Origin: Burkholderiaceae bacterium
Lineage (GTDB): Bacteria > Pseudomonadota > Gammaproteobacteria > Burkholderiales > Burkholderiaceae_C
DNA length: 64,000 nucleotides
NCBI GenBank assembly: GCA_019745555.1
Contig: JAIESX010000013.1
Location: 13,359-77,358 of the forward strand
Direction of reading: 5' to 3'
Shown: piece by piece, positions 46,712 to 56,091 of the stretch
Position numbering within the stretch: the stretch's first letter is position 1
Layout of the letters: each line of letters begins with the position of its first letter
The notes under the pieces: model-generated
What the model saw: the letters and a program-made list of their open reading frames with translations, nothing else
Database searches by the model: none
Told to the model about the DNA's origin: nothing
Translations under genes and position numbers: made by a program

Positions 46712-49138
46712 ATGGCCCTGATCCCCTTGCCCCCTGCCGAGCTGCGCCTGGGCGTAGACCCCGCCACGCTGGGCTTTGCCGACACCTCTGAGTTGCTGGA
46801 CCAGCCCTTGCCCTGGATCGGACAGGAGCGGGCGGAGCAGGCGGCGCGCTTCGGTCTGCAGATGGACGCGCCTGACTACAACCTCTTCGTGCTGGGCGAG
46901 GTGGGCAGCGGCCGCAGCACGCTGCTGGCGCAAATGATGCACGAGGTGGCGGCAGCCCGGCCTGTGCCGCCCGACCTCTGCTACCTGCACAACTTCGACG
47001 CCCCGGAGCGCCCGCGTGCGCTGCGCATGCCGCCCGGCCAGGGGCGGCAGCTGCGCCAGCTCATGGCCCAGCTGGTCAAGACCTTGCAGGCCGAGATCCC
47101 CAAGCGCCTGGACGGCGAGGACTACCGCGCCGAAAGCGCACACCTGCAGAAGACCTACAAGGCCGAGGACCTGCGAGCCTTTGCCGAGCTCGATGCCTAT
47201 GCCGAGGCGCGCAGCTTTGCCGTCATCCGCGACGAGGGGCATCTGGTGCTGACCCTGCGTGATGAAAAGGGCGAGCCCATGACCGAGGGCAAGCTGCTGG
47301 CCCTGCCCAAGGACAAGCGCGCCGAGACGGACCGGCTCGAAGAGGAACTGCGCGGCGAGATCGCGCGCTATCTGGAGAAGACCCGCGCGCTGGAGCGCGT
47401 GCTCAACCAGGGTCTGGCGGCGCTGCGCCGGCAGGTGATCAAGCCTCTGCTGGAACACGAGCTGCAGGAGATCCGCAACGAGCTGCGCAAGCAGATCAAG
47501 GACACGGTCAAGCTCGGCAGCTACTTGGACCAGGTGGCGCACGACGTGCTGGAGAACCTGGAGCTCTTCCAGCCCGGCAGCGGGGACGAGGACGACAGCC
47601 TGCGCGCCGCTGCGCTGGCCGAGGTGCTGACGCGCTACCACGTGAACCTGGTGGTGGACCAGCAGGGCCGCGCAGGCGCGCCGGTGATCGTTGAGGACAA
47701 CCCCGTGTTCCGTACCCTCTTTGGCAGCATCGAGTACCAGAACGAGAACGATGTGCTGGTGACCGACCACAGCCGTATCCGTGCCGGCAGCCTGCTGCGT
47801 GCGCATGGCGGCTTTCTCATGCTGCACCTGCGCGACCTGCTGGCCGACGAGCCGGTGTGGGAGAAGCTGCGTCGCTTCCTGCGCAGCGGCCGCCTGCAGA
47901 TCGAGGAGCCGGGCATGCTCTACGCGCCCATCGCCGCCGTCTCGCTGCAGCCCGAGCCGGTGGATGTGGACGTGAAGATCATCCTCGTGGGTTCGGTGGA
48001 GGAATACTACGCCGTGCAGGAGGGCGACCCGGAGTTCGCGCGCCACCTGCGCTGCAAGGTGGACTTCGCGGAGAGCTTCCGGGCCAGCGCCGGTACCTAC
48101 CGTGCCACGGGCATCTTCGTGGCCCATACCTGCCGCCGCCTGGCCCTGCCGCATTTCACGGCCGAGGCCGTGGCCGTGCTGCTGGAGCAGGCCCACCGCG
48201 AGGCTGAGGACCAGACACGCCAGAGCGCCATCTTTGCGCACAGCGAAACGCTGGTGATGGAGGCTGCGGCCATGGCCCGCGCGCGCGGCGCCGCGCGGGT
48301 GGAGGCGACCGATGTGCAGGCCGCGCAGCAGGCACGCATCCACCGCCACGACTACCCCGAGCAGCGCCTGCAGGAAACCCTGAGCGACGGTGAGCGCCTG
48401 CTCGACGTGGACGGCGAGAAGGTGGCCCAGGTCAACGGCCTGACCGTGGTGGACCTGGGCGACTACCGTTTCGGCTTTCCCGTGCGCGTCACCGCGCGTA
48501 CCCATGCCGGCGACGAAGGCTTGCTCAACATCGAGCGCGAGGTGGAGCTCTCCGGTCCCATCCACGACAAGGGCGTGCTCATCCTGCACAGCCATCTGGC
48601 TGCGCTCTTCGTGCACATCACGCCGCTGGCGCTCAACGCCGCGGTGGTGTTCGAGCAGGAGTACAGCGGGGTGGAGGGTGATTCGGCCTCCTTCGCGGAG
48701 TTCGCCGCCCTGCTGTCCTCGCTGGCGGCGGTGCCGCTGCGCCAGGGCATTGCTGTGACGGGTGCACTCAACCAGCATGGTGAATTGTTGCCCGTGGGCG
48801 GCATCAACGAGAAGATCGAAGGCTACTTCCGCAGCTGCGAACGCCTGGGCCTGACCGGGCAGCAGGGCGTGCTGATCCCGCGCCGCAACCGGCGCCACCT
48901 GATGCTGGAGCCGCAGATCGTGGAGGCCGTGGCCCAGGGGCGCTTTCGCATCTGGACGGCGGACACGGCGGGCGAGGGCATGGCCCTGCTCAGCGGTCGG
49001 CCATATGGCGAGCCGGGGCCGGGTGGCTATGCGCCCGATACGGTGCTGGGCCGTGCGCAGAGGACGCTGCAGGAGTATCGCAAGGCTTGCCAGGCCTCGG
49101 GGCGGGTCGAGCGCCGGCCGCGGCCGCTCAAGTCATGA
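46712..49138 (+). CDS. Lon protease family protein (AAA_32/LonB-like, S16 C-terminal domain)
   Basis: IGQERA, variant Walker A GEVGSGRS, GSLLRAHGG, EGDSAS (Ser) and GGINEKIEG (Lys). Confidence 0.88.
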   Translation: MALIPLPPAELRLGVDPATLGFADTSELLDQPLPWIGQERAEQAARFGLQMDAPDYNLFVLGEVGSGRSTLLAQMMHEVAAARPVPPDLCYLHNFDAPERPRALRMPPGQGRQLRQLMAQLVKTLQAEIPKRLDGEDYRAESAHLQKTYKAEDLRAFAELDAYAEARSFAVIRDEGHLVLTLRDEKGEPMTEGKLLALPKDKRAETDRLEEELRGEIARYLEKTRALERVLNQGLAALRRQVIKPLLEHELQEIRNELRKQIKDTVKLGSYLDQVAHDVLENLELFQPGSGDEDDSLRAAALAEVLTRYHVNLVVDQQGRAGAPVIVEDNPVFRTLFGSIEYQNENDVLVTDHSRIRAGSLLRAHGGFLMLHLRDLLADEPVWEKLRRFLRSGRLQIEEPGMLYAPIAAVSLQPEPVDVDVKIILVGSVEEYYAVQEGDPEFARHLRCKVDFAESFRASAGTYRATGIFVAHTCRRLALPHFTAEAVAVLLEQAHREAEDQTRQSAIFAHSETLVMEAAAMARARGAARVEATDVQAAQQARIHRHDYPEQRLQETLSDGERLLDVDGEKVAQVNGLTVVDLGDYRFGFPVRVTARTHAGDEGLLNIEREVELSGPIHDKGVLILHSHLAALFVHITPLALNAAVVFEQEYSGVEGDSASFAEFAALLSSLAAVPLRQGIAVTGALNQHGELLPVGGINEKIEGYFRSCERLGLTGQQGVLIPRRNRRHLMLEPQIVEAVAQGRFRIWTADTAGEGMALLSGRPYGEPGPGGYAPDTVLGRAQRTLQEYRKACQASGRVERRPRPLKS

Positions 49139-49172
49139 CGATGGCGTCCGGCCGCACGGGAGCGGTGCCGTA

Positions 49173-49628
49173 CTACCTGCTGCGCAAGGCGGCCTCGTAG
49201 GATCGCTTCAGGTCGCGGTACTCCTCGCAGGGCAGGAAGCAGATCTTGTCCAGCGCTTCCAGGTGCTCCCTGGCCTTGTCGAGCCGGCCCAGGGCAATGT
49301 AGGCCTCGCCGATGTATTCATGCGCGCCGCGGTGCTTGGGGTCGAGCGCGAGTGCGCGCTGGTAGGCATCGAGCGCTTCGTTGTAGCGCTGCAGCTGGCG
49401 ATAGCTGTAGCCCAGCAGGTTGTAGCCATCGGCGCTCTGCGGATTCGCGCGCGTGTAGGCATTGAGCGTGGCCACGGCGCCGAGCCAGTTTTTCTCGGCG
49501 ATCTGCATGCGGGCGGGCCGCAGGCCATCGTCGCTGGCGCCGCCACTGTAACCGTCGTCGGCCGCGCGGGCCGGGCAGGCAAGCAGCAGCATTGCGAACA
49601 GGGCTGCAGCGAAATTGAGGGCACGCAT
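49173..49628 (-). CDS. Secreted TPR protein
   Basis: Signal peptide and TPRs (NLLGYSYR, AL.LDP.HRGAHEYIGEAY), with a C..PC motif. Confidence 0.8.
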   Translation of the reverse strand: MRALNFAAALFAMLLLACPARAADDGYSGGASDDGLRPARMQIAEKNWLGAVATLNAYTRANPQSADGYNLLGYSYRQLQRYNEALDAYQRALALDPKHRGAHEYIGEAYIALGRLDKAREHLEALDKICFLPCEEYRDLKRSYEAALRSR

Positions 49629-49722
49629 GGTGGTCTCCCTCCGGGCGGCGGCGAGATGGCCGTGGATCAAGGTCCGGGGAAGCAAGCATAGGCCAGCCGT
49701 GCCGGCATTTCAAGCAGGGGGC

Positions 49723-50304
49723 TCAGGCCGGTTTTTTCTCGCGCGGCACCCGCCCCAGCAGATAGAACTCGGGATTGGGCTGCATGTTGCTGAAGCTGGC
49801 CATGCGGTTGGAGAGGCCGAAGAAGGCCGTGATGGCGGCGATGTCCCAGATGTCCTCGTCCGAGAAGCCGTGGGCGTGCAGGGCGGCGAAATCTTCCTCC
49901 CCGATCTCGTGCGAGCGCTGGCAGACCTTCATCGCGAAGTCCAGCATGGCGCGCTGGCGCGGCGTGATGTCGGCCTTGCGGTAGTTCACGGCCACCTGGT
50001 CAGCCACCAGGGGCTTCTTCTCGTAGATGCGCAGGATGGCGCCATGCGCCACCACGCAGTACAGGCACTGGTTGGCAGCGCTGGTCGTGGTGACGATCAT
50101 CTCGCGGTCGCCCTTGCTCAGCCCGGAGTCTTCCTTGAGCATGAGCGCATCGTGGTAGGCGAAGAACGCACGCCATTCGGCCGGCCGGCGCGCCAGCGCC
50201 AGGAAGACGTTGGGAATGAAGCCGGACTTTTCCTGCACCTCCAGGATGCGGGCGCGGATGTCCTCGGGCAGGTTGGCGAGATCAGGGTGGGGGTAGCGGC
50301 TCAT
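49723..50304 (-). CDS. Peroxidase-related enzyme (AhpD/CMD family)
   Basis: GFIPNVF, REMI...S..NQCLYCVVAHGA and FFGLSNR motifs. Confidence 0.9.
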   Translation of the reverse strand: MSRYPHPDLANLPEDIRARILEVQEKSGFIPNVFLALARRPAEWRAFFAYHDALMLKEDSGLSKGDREMIVTTTSAANQCLYCVVAHGAILRIYEKKPLVADQVAVNYRKADITPRQRAMLDFAMKVCQRSHEIGEEDFAALHAHGFSDEDIWDIAAITAFFGLSNRMASFSNMQPNPEFYLLGRVPREKKPA

Positions 50305-50345
50305 GCGGTCTCCTGCGGGTGAAGTGGGCATTGTCGGCCCAAATC

Positions 50346-51848
50346 TCAGGCCGAAAGGTCGCTGTAGGCGCTGTCCCGTCCTGAGGCCTTGGCGCGGTAG
50401 AGGGCCTGGTCGGCGCGTCGCAGCAGGGCGTCGGCACTCTCGTCCGGGCGCCATTCGGCCAGCCCCGCGCTGACGGTGATGGGCCGGGGCAGACCGGGGA
50501 TGCTCAGGCTGGCCACGGCTTGGCGCATGCGCTCGACCAGCGCGACCGCGGCGTCCAGGCGGGTCTCGGTCAGCAGCACGACGAATTCTTCGCCCCCCAG
50601 GCGTGCCACATGGTCGCTCTGGCGCACCTGGCTGGCCAGGCTCTGGGCGACCAGGCGCAAGGTGGTGTCGCCCACATCGTGACCGTGATCGTCGTTGACC
50701 TGCTTGAAATGGTCCAGGTCGAAATACACCGCTGTCAGCGGGCGTTGGTAGCGCCGGGCGCGCAGGATCTCTTCGTCCAGCCGCAGTTCCAGCATGCGCC
50801 GGTTGCCGATGCCGGTCAGCGGGTCGGTCAGCATCAGCCGCTGGAGTTCGTGTCTGGCCTGCTCCTCCTTGCCCATGGTGCGCAGCAGGATGGAGCCCAG
50901 CAGCATCGACAGGCAGGAAATCAGGAAGGCGACCAGGACCAGCAGCCCGGTGTGCAGACGCCAGTTTGCCAGCAGGTCGTCAATCGAGGCGGTCACAGCC
51001 ACCACCAGCGGGTAGTCCTGGACCTGGGTGTAGGCCACGGCGCGCGAGCGGCCGTCGACCGGGCTGATTTCGGAGTGGAAAAAGCCGCCGGGCGAGGTGC
51101 CCATGTGCTGTCGCCACATTGGAGATGGCGCGACCGAGGACCCGATGATCGTCTCGTCCATGGGACTGCGGAACATGAAGACGCCATCGGTGCGCACGAC
51201 GGCGATGGTGCCGTTCGGCTGGATGCGTTCGGCCTCGAAGGTGTTGGCCAGCCGGTCGAGCTCGATGGCGGCGAACAGCACCGCGACGTCACCGCCGCCG
51301 TGAGGTGCCGGGATGGAGATCGGGATGCCCAGCTTGCCCGTGACCCGGCTGACCACGGGTTGCGCCACGTAGAGGCCCCGGGTCTTTTCATTGAACTGGG
51401 CCCGGAAGTAGTCACGGTCGGCCACGTTGGTGCGGTTCGTCTGGCCGCGGTCAGGGACGTAACGCAGCGTGCCGTCGCGCGTGACCATGCGGATGTCGAT
51501 GAGCTTGTCGGAGGACTGGCGCAGGTTTTCGACCAGGCGGATGAAGCCGGGTGCCTTGCCGGGATCCTGGCCGGGGTGCTCGGCCATCCAGAGGCTGGCG
51601 ACGGTCAGTGCCGTCTGCGCCTCCTTGAAGAGGTTGCGGGTCTGCTCGTGGACGGCGGTGTTGAGCTGCCGCAGCACCCGCTCATTGGCGGCCAGGGTGC
51701 TGCTGCGCTCCCACCAGGACCAGAAGCCGACAAAACCCCAGAGGCACAGGAGCAAGCCGCCCACCAGTCCGTAGACCAGGCGGTGATTGCCTCCGGGTGG
51801 CTGCTCGATCAGCCAGTCCTTGCGACGCTGCAAACTGGAGCTCCTCAC
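50346..51848 (-). CDS. Sensor (Cache-like) diguanylate cyclase
   Basis: Two TM helices, DRDYF Cache motif, D.LTGIGNRR, DLDHFK, RQSD I-site and GGEEF. Confidence 0.9.
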   Translation of the reverse strand: MRSSSLQRRKDWLIEQPPGGNHRLVYGLVGGLLLCLWGFVGFWSWWERSSTLAANERVLRQLNTAVHEQTRNLFKEAQTALTVASLWMAEHPGQDPGKAPGFIRLVENLRQSSDKLIDIRMVTRDGTLRYVPDRGQTNRTNVADRDYFRAQFNEKTRGLYVAQPVVSRVTGKLGIPISIPAPHGGGDVAVLFAAIELDRLANTFEAERIQPNGTIAVVRTDGVFMFRSPMDETIIGSSVAPSPMWRQHMGTSPGGFFHSEISPVDGRSRAVAYTQVQDYPLVVAVTASIDDLLANWRLHTGLLVLVAFLISCLSMLLGSILLRTMGKEEQARHELQRLMLTDPLTGIGNRRMLELRLDEEILRARRYQRPLTAVYFDLDHFKQVNDDHGHDVGDTTLRLVAQSLASQVRQSDHVARLGGEEFVVLLTETRLDAAVALVERMRQAVASLSIPGLPRPITVSAGLAEWRPDESADALLRRADQALYRAKASGRDSAYSDLSA

Positions 51849-52011
51849 GACGCGTTCTTGTTATTCCGCCTGGCTTTTGCGCTTGCAGGGAACCACGGAA
51901 AACAGCTTGGAACTCTAGTGCATATCCTTCCCGCACGTCGAGTGGGGGCGTCCTGAATTCGTGGGGAAATGTTGAAGAAGTCGCATCCGGCGGGCCCGGT
52001 CGAGCCCTGCT

Positions 52012-52566
52012 TCAGCCCACGGTGAGCTTGTGCACCAGGTCGGCGGTGGTGCTGGCCTTGTACTTGCGCATCAGGCGGGCGCGGTAGATTTCCACCGTGC
52101 GGTAGCTGATGGCCAGGGATTTGCCGATTTCCTTGGAGGTCAGACCTTCGAGCAGGTGGGCGGCGACCTCGCGTTCGCGAGCCGTGAGTTCGGCCTTGAC
52201 CGGGCGGCGAGCGCTCAGGTCTTCCAGGGTCCAGATGCCAGCGCCCAGGGGCTGTTCGGGGTCCAGGGCGCGGCCGGTGACGTGACACCAGAAGACCTCA
52301 CCCTTGAAGCGGCCATCGACCCGCTTCATCATGCGGTCATCGGCATAGCAGCCATGACGGTTCATGATGGGGGCGATACGCGCGCCGATGCGTTCGAATT
52401 CCTCGGCACTGGGGTACAGCACCTGGAACGACTGCCCCACGAGCGCCTCGCGCGTGGTGCCGAACATGTCACATAGCTGCCGGTTGCAGTCCATCATGAT
52501 GCGGTCGCGCGACAGCACCATGCCGATGGGGGCGTATTCGAAGGCCAGGCGGTAGTCGATGTCCAT
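52012..52566 (-). CDS. PAS + LuxR-HTH transcriptional regulator
   Basis: N-terminal PAS domain, then LTAREREV...GLTSKEIG..L.IS.RTVE.YRA. Confidence 0.9.
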   Translation of the reverse strand: MDIDYRLAFEYAPIGMVLSRDRIMMDCNRQLCDMFGTTREALVGQSFQVLYPSAEEFERIGARIAPIMNRHGCYADDRMMKRVDGRFKGEVFWCHVTGRALDPEQPLGAGIWTLEDLSARRPVKAELTAREREVAAHLLEGLTSKEIGKSLAISYRTVEIYRARLMRKYKASTTADLVHKLTVG

Positions 52567-52653
52567 GGGGGTCGTATTTTAGGCATAACTACGTATCTTT
52601 ATAAGTAGTATCGTAGGGTCTGCTGCAACAAATATTCAGACAAGGAGAACAGC

Positions 52654-53355
52654 GTGAACAAGGTCTACCCGAGTGCGGCCGCCGCCATCCAGGGCGTGGT
52701 GCGCGACGGCCAGCTCATCGCCGTCGGTGGCTTCGGCCTCTGCGGCATCCCCGAGGCCCTGATCGATGCCGTGCGTGATGCAGGCATCAAGAACCTCACC
52801 GCCATTTCCAACAACGCCGGCGTCGATGACTTCGGCCTGGGCAAGCTGCTGCAGACGCGCCAGGTCAGGAAGATGATCGCCAGCTATGTGGGCGAGAACA
52901 AGGAGTTCGAGCGCCAGTACCTGGCTGGTGAGCTGGAGCTGGAATTCACGCCCCAGGGCACGCTGGCCGAGAAGCTGCGCGCCGGCGGTGCGGGCATCCC
53001 GGCCTTCTTCACCAAGACCGGTGTGGGCACCGTCGTCGCCGAGGGCAAGGAGCTGCGCGAATTCGACGGCGAGACCTATGTGATGGAGCGCTCCCTGGTG
53101 CCCGACGTGGCGCTCGTGAAGGCCGACATCGCCGACAAGTCCGGCAACCTGCGCTTCAACCTCACGGCGCGCAACTTCAACCCGGCTGCGGCCATGGCCG
53201 GCAAGGTCTGCATCGTCGAGGTCGAGAAGATCGTCGAGACCGGCGAGCTGGCTCCGGACGACATCCACCTGCCGGGTATCTACGTGCACCGCATCGTGCT
53301 CAACGCCACGCCCGAGAAGCGCATCGAGAAGCGCACCCTGAGCGAGAAGAAATAA
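52654..53355 (+). CDS. scoA: Succinyl-CoA:3-oxoacid CoA transferase subunit A
   Basis: [22 protein letters not shown] and PQGTLAE motifs. Confidence 0.93.
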   Translation: MNKVYPSAAAAIQGVVRDGQLIAVGGFGLCGIPEALIDAVRDAGIKNLTAISNNAGVDDFGLGKLLQTRQVRKMIASYVGENKEFERQYLAGELELEFTPQGTLAEKLRAGGAGIPAFFTKTGVGTVVAEGKELREFDGETYVMERSLVPDVALVKADIADKSGNLRFNLTARNFNPAAAMAGKVCIVEVEKIVETGELAPDDIHLPGIYVHRIVLNATPEKRIEKRTLSEKK

Positions 53356-53365
53356 GGAGAACGAC

Positions 53366-54004
53366 ATGCCCTGGACCCAAGACCAGATGGCCGCCCGTGC
53401 GGCCCAGGAGCTGCAGGACGGCTTCTACGTGAACCTCGGCATCGGCATGCCCACCCTGGTGGCCAACTTCGTGCCCGCCGACATGGAGGTGTGGCTGCAG
53501 AGCGAGAACGGCATGCTGGGCATCGGCCCCTTCCCGACGGAAGACCAGGTCGACCCCGACCTCATCAACGCCGGCAAGCAGACCGTGACCACGATCAAGG
53601 GCACGAGCATTTTCGGCAGCCACGAGAGCTTTGCCATGATCCGCGGCGGCAAGATCAACCTGTCCATCCTGGGCGCCATGCAGGTGAGCGAGAAGGGCGA
53701 CCTGGCCAACTGGATGATCCCCGGCAAGATGGTCAAGGGCATGGGCGGCGCCATGGACCTCGTGGCCGGTGTGCCGCGCTGCATCGTCCTCATGGAGCAT
53801 GTGGCGAAGAAGAAGGATGGCACGGAAGACTTCAAGATCATCCCCGAGTGCACGCTGCCGTTGACCGGCAAGGGCGTGATCGACCGCATCATCACCGACC
53901 TGGGCGTGATGGACGTGACCCCGCAAGGCCTCAAGCTCGTCGAGCTGGCCCCGGGCGTGACGCGCGAATTCATCCAGTCCAAGACCGGCGTGAAGCTGAT
54001 CTGA
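53366..54004 (+). CDS. scoB: Succinyl-CoA:3-oxoacid CoA transferase subunit B
   Basis: [14 protein letters not shown] (catalytic Glu) and GMGGAMDLV motifs. Confidence 0.93.
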   Translation: MPWTQDQMAARAAQELQDGFYVNLGIGMPTLVANFVPADMEVWLQSENGMLGIGPFPTEDQVDPDLINAGKQTVTTIKGTSIFGSHESFAMIRGGKINLSILGAMQVSEKGDLANWMIPGKMVKGMGGAMDLVAGVPRCIVLMEHVAKKKDGTEDFKIIPECTLPLTGKGVIDRIITDLGVMDVTPQGLKLVELAPGVTREFIQSKTGVKLI

Positions 54005-54020
54005 GCCCTGCGATTCCCAT

Positions 54021-54048
54021 GCAAAAGGCCCCGTCCGGGGCCTTTTGC
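54021..54048 (+). terminator. Rho-independent terminator after scoB (possibly bidirectional)
   Basis: gcaaaaggcccc-gtcc-ggggccttttgc. Confidence 0.8.
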
Positions 54049-54161
54049 TCTGGTGCGGCAGCAAGCGTGGAAATGGCCGGTGATCGACCTGTTCCTGCCG
54101 GCTTACGCTCGACGCAGTCTCGCCATCATGACGGGCAGTTGGCTGTCATTCACTGCACGTC

Positions 54162-54476
54162 ATGCGTCTGCGTCAAAGTTTCTGGGCCCTGCTGGGTCCG
54201 CAGGACATCGAGCCCCCCGGGGCCGTGGTCGAGCGGGTACGCCTGGCCATGCGTTGTGCCGTTGAAGAGCACCTGGGCCGCGATGCCGAGACGCTGCAAC
54301 GGCAGCTGGAGTATGCGCAGGACCTGGAGAGCCTCTGGTATCTGCGCCCCGAGCTCATGAACGCCATCGCGGCGCACTGCGGCGAGGCGCAGGCGCGCAA
54401 CTGCCTCATGGGGCTCACGGCCCTGTTCCGCGACCACCATCCGGGGGCTGCGGCGTCGCGTTTCGGGCGGCCCTGA
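54162..54476 (+). CDS. Small hypothetical protein
   Basis: 104-aa ORF with typical codon usage and an A.D..SLWYLR..LM..IA...GE..A helical motif. Confidence 0.6.
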   Translation: MRLRQSFWALLGPQDIEPPGAVVERVRLAMRCAVEEHLGRDAETLQRQLEYAQDLESLWYLRPELMNAIAAHCGEAQARNCLMGLTALFRDHHPGAAASRFGRP

Positions 54477-54486
54477 GCGGCGGCAC

Positions 54487-54909
54487 TCAGCCGATCCAGC
54501 GCACGCCGCCCTGCACGATCTCGTCGAAGAAGCCGCGCAGCGAGGACGGGCTCATGCTGTAGGGATCGAACTCCGACTTGCGCGAGTACTTCAGGAAGAT
54601 CTGGCGGTTCTCGGCCAGCGAGGAGATCAGGCCCATGTTCCAGTTGCTGAAGCGGCGCGAGGCGATTTCGCCGAAATCCAGGATGGTGGGCTCGCTGTGG
54701 CGGCTGTCCTTGAGGATGCGCAGGTAGACGCGGTTGACCACATCGCGATCTCCTTCGAGCTGCTGCAGAAAGATGCCGTTGGCCAGGCACAGGGCGCCGG
54801 TCACGCCGACGGCGGCGTTGTTGCGCTGGGATTTCTGCAGGATGTCCTTGACGTCCATCGGCCCCAGGGTCTGGGTGGCCTGGCTGGCATAGGTAAGTTG
54901 TACGAGCAT
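54487..54909 (-). CDS. Stand-alone BLUF blue-light photoreceptor
   Basis: LTYAS (Tyr), SQRNN..GVTGAL, FLQQLEG (Gln), I..D.RH and RF..W.M motifs. RBS ggag. Confidence 0.92.
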   Translation of the reverse strand: MLVQLTYASQATQTLGPMDVKDILQKSQRNNAAVGVTGALCLANGIFLQQLEGDRDVVNRVYLRILKDSRHSEPTILDFGEIASRRFSNWNMGLISSLAENRQIFLKYSRKSEFDPYSMSPSSLRGFFDEIVQGGVRWIG

Positions 54910-55082
54910 GGGGTTCTCCTTCTTGTCCACCATTATGCGGACAGAAGGTGGCGCCGGCCATCTCCTGGGCCTTTGGAAGGCCTTGCACGGGGCGCTGACG
55001 CCACGTCACGGCCCCAACCTGCCACTCGCGCGGGTTAACATCCTCCGCCCGCCAATGCGGCCTTTGTAGCGATTCCCGGAGT

Positions 55083-55799
55083 TTGTCGATGCTGGACCCG
55101 AATCTCATGGGGGGCGCCTTGCTCGGACGAATGTCGTTCGAGCTGCCCCCCGCCCCGATTGAAGCGCCTCTGCCACCGGGCCGCCATGCGCTGAATTTTC
55201 CCGAAGGGCGCGAGGCCGTGCTCGTGGTGCCCGAGGGCCTGGACCCAGACGCGCCCGTGCCCCTGCTCGTGCTCTTTCATGGCGCGGGCGGTGAGGCCAA
55301 CCGGATGCTGCCGCACTTCGTGCGCTGGGCGCGCGCGCGCCGCTTCCTGCTGCTGGCGCCGCAATCCATGTTCCCGACCTGGGACATCGTGATCGGCGGC
55401 CACGGGCCGGACCTTGAGCGGCTGGGCGCGGCGCTGCAGCAGGTCGCCTCGCACTTCCGGCTCGATCCGGCGCATCTGGCCTTGGCCGGCTTTTCCGACG
55501 GCGGCAGTTACGCCTTGTCGGTGGGCCTGAGCAACGGCGACCTGGTGAGCCATGTGATCGCACTCTCGGCGGGCTTTATGAACACCTTCGTGCGCCACGG
55601 CTCACCCAGGGTCTTCATTGCGCATGGGCGTTCGGATACCCAGCTGCCGTTCGAGACCAGTGCGCGGCCGCATGCGCTGAAGCTGCTGCAGGAGGGGGTG
55701 GACCTGACGCTGCTGCCGTTTGACGGGGATCATGTGATCGTGCCGGAGGTGGTGGAAAGGGCGGTGGAGTTCTTCATGGGGGCTGAGGAGGGGAAGTGA
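55083..55799 (+). CDS. Phospholipase/carboxylesterase family alpha/beta hydrolase
   Basis: FHGAGG, GFSDG nucleophile, HG.SD and FDGDH motifs. Confidence 0.85.
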   Translation: MSMLDPNLMGGALLGRMSFELPPAPIEAPLPPGRHALNFPEGREAVLVVPEGLDPDAPVPLLVLFHGAGGEANRMLPHFVRWARARRFLLLAPQSMFPTWDIVIGGHGPDLERLGAALQQVASHFRLDPAHLALAGFSDGGSYALSVGLSNGDLVSHVIALSAGFMNTFVRHGSPRVFIAHGRSDTQLPFETSARPHALKLLQEGVDLTLLPFDGDHVIVPEVVERAVEFFMGAEEGK

Positions 55800-55829
55800 A
55801 GCCCTGGCTCGGGGACAGTGATGGGAATG

Positions 55830-55959
55830 TGAAATTTCTCGCAACGCTGCGCTGCTCGAAATTTCATCGCTGCGCGACCGTGGCTGCGCCACGTCCAAGA
55901 CAGTCCACTGGACTGTCTTGAGCGAACCCGGTGGGTTCGATCCCTCATCAATCCGCCCA
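55830..55959. repeat. tRNA-linked palindromic element containing an inverted copy of the tRNA 3' end
   Basis: Hairpins tgaaatttc..gaaatttca, cgtggc-tgc-gccacg and caagacagtcca-c-tggactgtcttg, followed by gtgggttcgatccctcatcaatccgccca. Confidence 0.65.
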
Positions 55960-55963
55960 AATT

Positions 55964-55990
55964 AAAAAAGGCCCACGAGGGGCCTTTTTT
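55964..55990 (-). terminator. Rho-independent terminator downstream of tRNA-Gly (bidirectional form)
   Basis: aaaaaaggccc-loop-gggcctttttt. Confidence 0.85.
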
Positions 55991-55994
55991 GATT

Positions 55995-56068
55995 TGGAGC
56001 GGGTGATGGGAATCGAACCCACGTTATTTGCTTGGGAAGCAAGAGTCCTACCATTGAACGACACCCGC
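55995..56068 (-). tRNA. tRNA-Gly (anticodon CCC)
   Basis: Reverse complement gcgggtgtcgttcaatggtaggactcttgcttCCCaagcaaataacgtgggttcgattcccatcacccgctcca folds as a 74-nt cloverleaf with a GTTCGA T-loop and an encoded CCA. Confidence 0.95.
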
Positions 56069-56091
56069 AGATCTGTGCTGCGCCGCGTAGT

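Noticed and set aside
46712-49138. Lon-like protein with Arg in place of the Walker A Lys as a novelty or pseudogene
   Set aside because: Degenerate ATPase motifs are common in this Lon-like subfamily. The ORF and the Ser-Lys dyad are intact.
52575-52620. AT-rich ctacg...cgtag inverted motif between the PAS-LuxR regulator and scoA
   Set aside because: A plausible operator, but the arms are short and imperfect and cannot be supported without comparative data.
55931-55959. attR/attL of an integrated element at tRNA-Gly
   Set aside because: The tRNA-like copy is inverted and only about 35 nt away, and no integrase is present. It is reported instead as an inverted-copy element.
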